Below, piece by piece: positions 57,232 through 64,000 of a stretch of DNA of 64,000 nt. The notes beneath the pieces were generated by a model. That model worked only from the letters and a program-made list of their open reading frames with translations, was not told the DNA's origin and did not search any database. Origin of the DNA: Clostridia bacterium. Lineage in GTDB: Bacteria > Bacillota > Clostridia > Oscillospirales > CAG-272. The stretch lies in the NCBI GenBank assembly GCA_017625065.1, contig JAGALS010000038.1, forward strand, positions 7,139 through 71,138. Direction: 5' to 3'. Numbering within the stretch: the stretch's first letter is position 1; each line of letters starts with the position of its first letter. The position numbers and the translations under genes are program-made.

Positions 57232-58794
57232 ATGAATCTGCGTTTTTCCATTCCTCCCGAGGTCCTTCGTCAAAGGGGAGCAGAGATCTCTCAGCTTATG
57301 ATGGGCGTTTTGCCCGGCTCTGCGACACACATTGACGAGGGCAGGGGAATTTTATTCGTTACACTTCCGCAGGGTCTTCACCCCGCTTTGGCGACCGATA
57401 CCGTCATCCGTGCGCTTGCGGGGATCGGTATTACGGCGTATTTTATGGCAGATGCTCCCAATTATGTTCCGCCGATCCAGGTCGGTGAGAAAAAACGGCG
57501 CGGTGTATCGTTGCCGGTCTTTATCGTTTCCCTGATCGCCGTGGCATTGGCGGCTTGTATTTTGACGGTCTTTACTTCGGGAGCGCTTTCCGGCGCTTGG
57601 AGATTGGGCGCCGATCAAACGCTTGGAACAGGCGATCAAAAAGGCGAGGATTACGCCGGTAAGATCGCGCTGGTCGATATGATTTTCGAAGAGTATTCAC
57701 TCTACGATACAAAAGGGGAGCGACTGCTTGACGAAATGCTTCGCGCCTATGCCGCCGCAACGGGCGACACCTATGCCGCTTACTATACCGAAGAAGAATA
57801 TCAGGAGATGATTGCCGAAAACAATGCCCAAATGGTGGGCATTGGCATTCGTGCTATTGAGGATTCCGAGTATCACGATATTTTGATCATCAGTGTGATG
57901 CCCGATTCACCTGCACTTGAGGCAGGACTTCAACCGGGCGACCGCATTACCGCGATCGGCTCTGGCGAGGGAAAAGCTCTGGTTTTTGACATCGGCTACC
58001 ACGCCGCTATCAATCGCTTGCGCGGTGAGGCAGGAACAGTTGCCGAGTTTACTGTTGTGCGCGACGGGCAAGAGCTTGCGTTTTCGGTTGTGCGTGCCGC
58101 CGTGCAGACGCAGTCTGTCGAGGCGCACGTCAGCGAAAGCAATCCTACCGTCGGTGTCATCCGCATTATGCAATTTGACACGTCGACCCCCACACAGTTC
58201 AAGCAAGCTATGACCGATATGCTTGGCAGTGGCTGCAATCGCTTCGTTTTTGACGTGCGTAACAATCCCGGCGGAGATCTGAAGTCCATCAATGCTGTGT
58301 TGTCCTATTTTTTGAATAAGGATGATACCATTCTGATCACGACGCAAAAAGACGGAAGCAGCACGGTTTATCAGGTGCAGGCAAATACCTATACCGATCA
58401 GTACGCGAGCTGCAGTGTGGCTGAAGCCGAGATCGGTATGTATCGCGGATATCCTATGGCGATCCTGACAAACGGTAACACCGCAAGCGCGGCAGAGCTC
58501 TTTACCGCTGTTTTAAAGGAATATCAGCTTGCTGAGGTCTTTGGCACGACCACCTATGGCAAGGGCGTGATCCAAAGCATCATCCATCTGGAACAATGGG
58601 GATATAAAGGCGCTGTCAAGCTGACGGTCGGGTATTATAGCCCACCCTCAGGCGTCAATTACGACGGCGTTGGTATTGCTCCCGATTTCGAAGTCTCTTT
58701 AAGCGAAGAAGCCGCGAAAAAGAATCTGTATCTGCTCGGCGAGAGCGAGGATGCTCAGCTTCTTGCAGCGATCAATCATTTACAAAGCAAATAA
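57232..58794 (+). CDS. S41-family C-terminal processing peptidase, membrane anchored
   Basis: It has a TM segment (VFIVSLIAVALAACILTVF), a PDZ-like region (GIGIRAIED..PGDRITAI), and S41 motifs (RNNPGG, TNGNTASAAE with the catalytic Ser, TTYGKGV with the Lys). Confidence 0.85.
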   Translation: MNLRFSIPPEVLRQRGAEISQLMMGVLPGSATHIDEGRGILFVTLPQGLHPALATDTVIRALAGIGITAYFMADAPNYVPPIQVGEKKRRGVSLPVFIVSLIAVALAACILTVFTSGALSGAWRLGADQTLGTGDQKGEDYAGKIALVDMIFEEYSLYDTKGERLLDEMLRAYAAATGDTYAAYYTEEEYQEMIAENNAQMVGIGIRAIEDSEYHDILIISVMPDSPALEAGLQPGDRITAIGSGEGKALVFDIGYHAAINRLRGEAGTVAEFTVVRDGQELAFSVVRAAVQTQSVEAHVSESNPTVGVIRIMQFDTSTPTQFKQAMTDMLGSGCNRFVFDVRNNPGGDLKSINAVLSYFLNKDDTILITTQKDGSSTVYQVQANTYTDQYASCSVAEAEIGMYRGYPMAILTNGNTASAAELFTAVLKEYQLAEVFGTTTYGKGVIQSIIHLEQWGYKGAVKLTVGYYSPPSGVNYDGVGIAPDFEVSLSEEAAKKNLYLLGESEDAQLLAAINHLQSK

Positions 58795-58826
58795 TATAAA
58801 TTTTAATAGATCGAAGGAGAACCGTT

Positions 58827-59315
58827 ATGGCAATCGATAAGAAGAAAACAATGACACAGGAAGGTTATGACGAGCTTGTAAAGGAGCTTCGTTGGCGTGA
58901 GGGCGAGGAGCGCGAGCGCATTAAGAATGATATCGTCGTCGCGCGCGGATTCGGCGACCTTTCCGAGAACGCCGAGTATGATGCCGCACGTAACGCTCAG
59001 GCAGAGAACGAGGCACGCATCCTTCAGCTAAAGTCGGATATTGAAAATGCCGAGATCCATGATGCTTCCAAGGCAGTACAGGGTGTTATTGACATCGGTT
59101 CTACCGTAAAGGCTGTGGACGAGAGCGACGGCAGCGAGGTCACCTTCCGCATCGTCGGCTCTAACGAGGCAAACGTAGCAGAGGGCAAGATCTCCGACCT
59201 TTCCCCCGTTGGCAGAGCCTTGATCGGCCACCGTGCAGGCGATGTGGCAACAGGAACGGTAGAAGCATCCGGCTTTACCTTCTCTTACCGTATTCTGGAC
59301 GTGACCAGAGACTAA
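58827..59315 (+). CDS. greA: Transcription elongation factor GreA
   Basis: The translation shows GYDELVKELRW, GDLSENAEYDAAR and SPVGRALIGHRAGD. Confidence 0.93.
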   Translation: MAIDKKKTMTQEGYDELVKELRWREGEERERIKNDIVVARGFGDLSENAEYDAARNAQAENEARILQLKSDIENAEIHDASKAVQGVIDIGSTVKAVDESDGSEVTFRIVGSNEANVAEGKISDLSPVGRALIGHRAGDVATGTVEASGFTFSYRILDVTRD

Positions 59316-59327
59316 AAGGAGACCACT

Positions 59328-60848
59328 ATGGCTGAAGAAGTGAAGAACCAAGCTGCTGCTGCGGCCCAAGAAGTCAATATTGGTGATATTTTGCGTGTGC
59401 GCCGCGAAAAGCTTGCCGCACTGCGTGAGGCGGGCAACGACCCCTTCCAGATCACCAAATATCCGCAGGATGCCTATTCTGCCGACATCAAGGAGCGCTT
59501 TGCGGATCTTGAGGCAGAGGCAGAGACTGAGGTCGAGGTCTGCCTTGCGGGCCGTATGATGACCAAGCGCGTGATGGGTAAGGCCAGCTTTGCTCATTTG
59601 CGCGACGATAAGGGCGATATTCAGATCTACGTTCGCCGTGACGTGATTGGTGAAGAGGAATATGCGGGCTTTAAGAAGATGGATATCGGTGATATCGTCG
59701 GCGTGAAGGGCATCGTGTTCCGCACCAAGATGGGCGAGCTCAGCGTACGCTGCACAGAGGTGAAGCTCCTTGCAAAGAGCCTGCTGCCCCTGCCCGAAAA
59801 GTTTCACGGCCTGAAGGACCAGGAAATGCGCTACCGTCAGCGCTACGTGGATCTGATCATGAATCCCGAGGTCAAGGATACCTTCGTCAAGCGCAGTATG
59901 ATCCTGCGCGAGCTGCGCGCTTTCCTTGATAGCAAGGGCTTTTTGGAGGTCGACACCCCCATTCTGACCCCCTTTGAGATCGGTGCCAGCGCCCGTCCCT
60001 TTATGACCCACCACAATACCTTGGATATGGATATGGTGCTTCGTATCGAGACCGAGCTTTACTTAAAGCGCCTGATCGTCGGCGGTATGGACCGCGTGTA
60101 CGAGGTCGGACGTATTTTCCGTAACGAGGGTATGGACCCCAAGCACAACCCCGAATTTACCAGCATTGAGCTGTATCAGGCATACACCGACTATCACGCA
60201 CTCATGGACTTGGTCGAGGAGATGATGCGTACCGTTGCCGAAAAGGTCTGCGGCAGTCTGGTCATTCCTTACTGCGGTCATCAGATCGATCTTGGCCATT
60301 GGGAGCGTATGACGATGCTTGAGGCAGTCAAGAAGTACAGCGGTGTTGACTTTAACGAGATCCACAGCGACGAGGAAGCGATCGCCATCGCCAAGGAAAA
60401 GCACGTGGAGCTGCCCGAGGTACCCACCAAGGGTGCGATCCTTGCCGAGTTCTTTGACGCATTCGTCGAGGAAAAGCTGATCCAACCCACCTTCATTTAC
60501 GACTATCCCGTCGAGATCAGCCCGCTTGCAAAGCGCAAGCCAGAGGATCCCGCATATACCGAGCGCTTTGAGTATTTCATTAACGCCACCGAGTTCGGCA
60601 ACGCCTTCTCAGAGCTCAACGACCCCATCGACCAAAAGGAGCGCTTTGAGCGCCAGGTCGCAGAGCGCAAGGCGCTCGATCCCACCTGCCGCGCACAGGT
60701 CGATTACGACTATGTGACCGCGCTTGAGTACGGTCTGCCTCCCACAGGCGGTCTTGGCTTTGGTGTCGACCGTCTCGTGATGCTGCTCACCGACAGCGCG
60801 TCGATCCGCGACGTTTTACTGTTCCCGACGATGAAACCCATTGACTGA
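59328..60848 (+). CDS. lysS: Lysine--tRNA ligase (class II)
   Basis: The translation shows LAGRMMTKRVMGKASFAHLRD (OB domain), YRQRYVDL, FRNEG and GGLGFGVDRLVML. Confidence 0.95.
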   Translation: MAEEVKNQAAAAAQEVNIGDILRVRREKLAALREAGNDPFQITKYPQDAYSADIKERFADLEAEAETEVEVCLAGRMMTKRVMGKASFAHLRDDKGDIQIYVRRDVIGEEEYAGFKKMDIGDIVGVKGIVFRTKMGELSVRCTEVKLLAKSLLPLPEKFHGLKDQEMRYRQRYVDLIMNPEVKDTFVKRSMILRELRAFLDSKGFLEVDTPILTPFEIGASARPFMTHHNTLDMDMVLRIETELYLKRLIVGGMDRVYEVGRIFRNEGMDPKHNPEFTSIELYQAYTDYHALMDLVEEMMRTVAEKVCGSLVIPYCGHQIDLGHWERMTMLEAVKKYSGVDFNEIHSDEEAIAIAKEKHVELPEVPTKGAILAEFFDAFVEEKLIQPTFIYDYPVEISPLAKRKPEDPAYTERFEYFINATEFGNAFSELNDPIDQKERFERQVAERKALDPTCRAQVDYDYVTALEYGLPPTGGLGFGVDRLVMLLTDSASIRDVLLFPTMKPID

Positions 60849-60855
60849 AATTGAC

Positions 60856-60889
60856 GATCGCCTCCCTTGGTTTTCACGGGGAGGCGATC
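60856..60889 (+). terminator. Candidate stem-loop after lysS
   Basis: 11-bp stem GATCGCCTCCC / GGGAGGCGATC with no U-tract. Confidence 0.35.
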
Positions 60890-60928
60890 TGCCTATTGAA
60901 AGCCGCTTGATGCGGGAAAGGATTGCAA

Positions 60929-61705
60929 ATGCACGATTCCGAAAACAAAAGAGAAGAGAAGCTGCAAGGGCGTGATATACAGCTTGGCGGCGGCGCAGCC
61001 CGCGCCGAACGACAGCACGGCAAGCTTTATCTTTGGTTTGACAACTTTTGGTATCATCACAAGTGGAAAACGATCATCATCAGTTTTTTTGCCATAGTGG
61101 CGCTTATTTGCATACTGCAAATGTGCGGAAAAGAGAAGAGCGGTGACATCAACGTGGTGGCTGTTGGACCGTACAACTTCATCAGCGAGGATTCGGGGAT
61201 AACCGACCTCAAAAACTGCCTTGCGACCTATCTGCCCGCCGATTATGACCAGGACGGTGTCAAAAAGGTGGACATCGTCAATTATACCGTGTACTCCGAG
61301 GAGCAGATCGTCGCCTTGCGCGGTCAGGATGTTTTCATCAATACCGCGAACAATAAAAATGAATATGACAATTTTTATAGCTATGTGAAAACGGGTGAAG
61401 CGTCGGTCTTGCTGCTGGATCCTTGGCTCTATGAGGAAATGAAGGGTAAGCTGATCGACCTGAACGCGCTGCTTGGCTATATGCCAAATGGTGCGATCAG
61501 CGGTGTTGATGCGGACGGAAAAAATGTTTGCTACGGTGTGCGATTGGGCGACACCGCGCTGTATCGGGAAAATAACAGTATGAAAATTCTGCCCGAAGAC
61601 ACCGTGATCTGCCTGGTCACGCCTTTATTTATGGGCAAAAACAGCGACGAGGCAGAATTTGCAAAGGCGAAGGACTTTATCGTTGCCTTGATCGGAAAAG
61701 AATAA
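60929..61705 (+). CDS. Hypothetical membrane-anchored protein
   Basis: It has a single N-terminal TM segment (WKTIIISFFAIVALICILQM) followed by an extracytoplasmic domain. I recognise no motif. An alternative TTG start lies at 60923. Confidence 0.55.
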   Translation: MHDSENKREEKLQGRDIQLGGGAARAERQHGKLYLWFDNFWYHHKWKTIIISFFAIVALICILQMCGKEKSGDINVVAVGPYNFISEDSGITDLKNCLATYLPADYDQDGVKKVDIVNYTVYSEEQIVALRGQDVFINTANNKNEYDNFYSYVKTGEASVLLLDPWLYEEMKGKLIDLNALLGYMPNGAISGVDADGKNVCYGVRLGDTALYRENNSMKILPEDTVICLVTPLFMGKNSDEAEFAKAKDFIVALIGKE

Positions 61706-61707
61706 AT

Positions 61708-61738
61708 CAAAAGACCGCCGAGCCTCGGCGGTCTTTCG
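61708..61738. terminator. Bidirectional terminator between convergent genes
   Basis: 11-bp stem AAGACCGCCGA / TCGGCGGTCTT with loop GCC. Confidence 0.7.
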
Positions 61739-61743
61739 ATTTA

Positions 61744-62340
61744 TCATTTTAACATAGACAAAGGAGAACCGTTGCACTCAAGAATAGTTGCATCCAACAG
61801 CTCGGCATCCTCGGGGTCGTGGGTCACAAGTATCACAAGCGCGTGCTTTGTCGCTTCCTTGATGATGGACGCGATGCGCGATTTCAGCTCGGGATCAAGC
61901 GCCGAAAACGGCTCGTCAAAAAGGAAGAGATCGCCCCCGTAAGCAAGAGCGCGCGCAAGCGAGAGCCGCTGCTTCATACCGCCTGAAAGCTCGCCCGGAA
62001 GCTGTCTTGCGGCATCGGAAAGCTCAAATGCGGCAAGCCACTTTGCGGTCATTTCGGCGGCATCCTGTCGCTTTGACAAAACCAATTTGATGTTGTCTTC
62101 ACAATTTAGCCAAGGAAGCAATCTTGGCTCTTGAAACGACATCGCGATTTGCCCATGTGTGCTTGTTATAGCGCCCGAATCGGGCTTTGAAAGCCCCGAC
62201 AGGAGATGCAAAAGCGTCGTTTTACCGCATCCCGAGGGTCCCATCAGGGCAAAGCAGCCTTTATCGGGAAAGGTGAAGGATAGATTGGAAATAACGGTTT
62301 TTTCGTCATAACTGCGAGTGACGTCAGTGAGCTTGATCAT
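61744..62340 (-). CDS. ABC transporter ATP-binding protein (Ssu/Tau/Nrt-type, short form)
   Basis: Walker A is GPSGCGKTT, the signature is LSGGMKQR, and Walker B is LFLFDEP. Confidence 0.85.
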   Translation of the reverse strand: MIKLTDVTRSYDEKTVISNLSFTFPDKGCFALMGPSGCGKTTLLHLLSGLSKPDSGAITSTHGQIAMSFQEPRLLPWLNCEDNIKLVLSKRQDAAEMTAKWLAAFELSDAARQLPGELSGGMKQRLSLARALAYGGDLFLFDEPFSALDPELKSRIASIIKEATKHALVILVTHDPEDAELLDATILECNGSPLSMLK

Positions 62341-63109
62341 ACGTTTCCTCCTCTCGATAGGTGTGCTTTTGCGCCTTTTTCAAAAGAGCAAGTGTACCCC
62401 ATTCCACAAGCGCGCTGATGAGGATGACGATCAACGTCCAAGCGAAAAGCGCGTCGGTCTCCAAATACATTTTTCCGTCGTAAATACCAAGACCGATCGA
62501 GCGCTTGGGCAGACACAGCACCTCTGCAGCGATACCCGCCTTCCAGGCAAGGGCGATCGCGGAGCGACAAGCCGCAAGAAAATAGGGGAAAAGGGAGGGA
62601 ATACGGATGGATATCAGCTGTTGTCGCCCTGATAAGTTGAAAACTTTCGCCATTTCCAAGAGCTTACGGTCGGTTTGCAGCAATCCCTCGCGCACGTTGC
62701 TCCACACGATGGGGAGCGCCATAATAAAGGCGATGAACAGCGGTACGCGGTCACGTCCCACCCAAAGCAGCACCAAAAAAATGACCGAAGCCACGGGAGT
62801 GGCCTTGCAAAGTGTCAGCAAGGGCGAGAATAGATGGTGACAGAAGGGGCTTTTGACCGTCAGCATTGCCAAAAGTACGCCAAAAAGCAGCGCCAGAGCG
62901 ATGCCGAGCAGAATTCTGACAAGAGACATCAGAATGGCAAGCCAAAAGTCACCTGTCAGCGCAAGGTGGCCAACGGTCTGCACCACGGCGATCGGTGTAG
63001 GGAGTAGAAGGGGCTTATTTAACAGCGCCGCCAGAAGCCACCAAACCCCTATCCAAAAAAGAATGGATAGGGGAAGGTAGAGCCGACGGGGGAGTCGAAT
63101 GACTTTCAT
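62324..63109 (-). CDS. ABC transporter permease (BPD-type, Ssu/Tau-like)
   Basis: It has about six TM segments and overlaps the ATPase gene start by 17 nt. The ATG at 63109 follows the upstream SBP gene stop by 7 nt. Confidence 0.8.
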   Translation of the reverse strand: MKVIRLPRRLYLPLSILFWIGVWWLLAALLNKPLLLPTPIAVVQTVGHLALTGDFWLAILMSLVRILLGIALALLFGVLLAMLTVKSPFCHHLFSPLLTLCKATPVASVIFLVLLWVGRDRVPLFIAFIMALPIVWSNVREGLLQTDRKLLEMAKVFNLSGRQQLISIRIPSLFPYFLAACRSAIALAWKAGIAAEVLCLPKRSIGLGIYDGKMYLETDALFAWTLIVILISALVEWGTLALLKKAQKHTYREEETYDQAH

Positions 63110-63116
63110 TGTATGA

Positions 63117-64000
63117 TTACGCGCCGTAATAGAAATCCTCGGCGGGCAGAGCGCCACCGATGGAATTCTCGGGCATAGCGGCGAGGAAGGTTTCCATCGC
63201 GGTCTTCATTTCCTGACCGTCGATATAACAGAAGTTGCATTTCGGAATGGCCTTTGCGGCAACGGGGGCTTGCTCAAAAATGCCTGCTGTCTTGATCATT
63301 TCGGAAGCATTAGCAGGGTTTTCGACCACGAAATTGATCGATGCCTCGTATTCCTCAAGGAACTGCTTGATCTCATTGGGATGCTCCTCAACAAACGCCT
63401 TGCGAGCCACGATGCAGCCCTGTACAAGCGAGCCGGGTGTAAAGTGCTTATCCCACTCGGCGGTCAGATCAAGGGCAGCAGAAAGTGTCACGCCTTGATT
63501 TGCCTGTGTGGCTTTAGTGGTAGCGATGGTGACCATCGGCTCGGGCAAAACGGCATAATCCACAAGACCCGAAGCAACAGCATCGCGCAGGGCGGCGGGC
63601 TCGGCATAGGTGGTGCTGTCAAGCGTTACATTTGTGACGGCGGCCTTATCGATCAAAGCCTCGGTGATGAAGGTGGGGTTGGTGGCAGGAACGTAGACCG
63701 TCTTTCCCGAAAGATCGGCAAGAGAGGTGGGTGCGGTGACCTTGGCGGTGTTTACAACAAGATAAAGCACACCGCGGGTGTTGAGTGCCAGCAGCACGAC
63801 ACCGCCCTCCGTTTTGTTATAAAGCGCGGAAGCGGCGTTGGTGGGCAGAGCTGCGATATCGGCGGTGCCGTTGATCAGGGCAGCCTGCACGTTGGGGGCG
63901 CTTGTTTCAACGGTGAATTCGTAGTTGAGCGCGGCTTCGCCCTTGGTATCGGCATCGATCAGCTGTGCCATACCAAATCCCGTGGTGCCGTTCAGAGTCC
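63117..64000 (-). CDS. ABC transporter substrate-binding protein (NMT1/SsuA-like), 5' end outside the window
   Basis: The ORF is open to the window edge. It is the first gene of the SBP-permease-ATPase operon. The periplasmic-binding-fold call comes from operon context only. Confidence 0.6.
   Translation of the reverse strand, partial: TLNGTTGFGMAQLIDADTKGEAALNYEFTVETSAPNVQAALINGTADIAALPTNAASALYNKTEGGVVLLALNTRGVLYLVVNTAKVTAPTSLADLSGKTVYVPATNPTFITEALIDKAAVTNVTLDSTTYAEPAALRDAVASGLVDYAVLPEPMVTIATTKATQANQGVTLSAALDLTAEWDKHFTPGSLVQGCIVARKAFVEEHPNEIKQFLEEYEASINFVVENPANASEMIKTAGIFEQAPVAAKAIPKCNFCYIDGQEMKTAMETFLAAMPENSIGGALPAEDFYYGA

Overview
The window looks like a chromosomal segment from a Firmicutes/Clostridia-type genome. 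The taxonomic call is an inference from three things: the HrcA/CIRCE heat-shock regulon, the hrcA-grpE-dnaK-dnaJ-prmA-rsmE gene order, and SpoVD/SpoVE-like division genes. Almost all genes are on the + strand.

The housekeeping backbone, in order:
- the 3' end of a radical SAM gene
- a dcw cluster: mraZ, rsmH, an ftsL-position gene, a PASTA-containing PBP, murE, murF, mraY, ftsW/spoVE, murG, ftsZ
- alaS (minus strand), coaW-like pantothenate kinase, rqcH, a lone Xer-type recombinase, a HAD hydrolase
- feoAB, uvrBA, a THUMP methyltransferase
- the hrcA operon, a PucR-type regulator, an S41 protease, greA, lysS
- an Ssu/Tau-like ABC importer that runs off the 3' edge

Three things are not housekeeping.
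1. 617-8751: two adjacent giant secreted proteins (1216 and 1479 aa). They are built from five lamin-tail-domain-like (LTD) modules, one LamG/ConA-like module each, and a shared C-terminal module.
2. 24332-34520: four tandem, colinear paralogous lipoproteins of about 790 aa. Each ends in a ComEC-type metallo-beta-lactamase (MBL) domain. Three of them have their own near-consensus promoter.
3. 21115-21432: a noncoding 123-bp tandem repeat (2.6 copies). It sits between the ftsZ stop codon and the shared ftsZ/alaS terminator and carries anti-Shine-Dalgarno-like CACCUCC motifs.

All protein family calls come from motif recognition by eye. No database search or folding program was run, and the domain assignments for the accessory proteins need HMM or structure confirmation.
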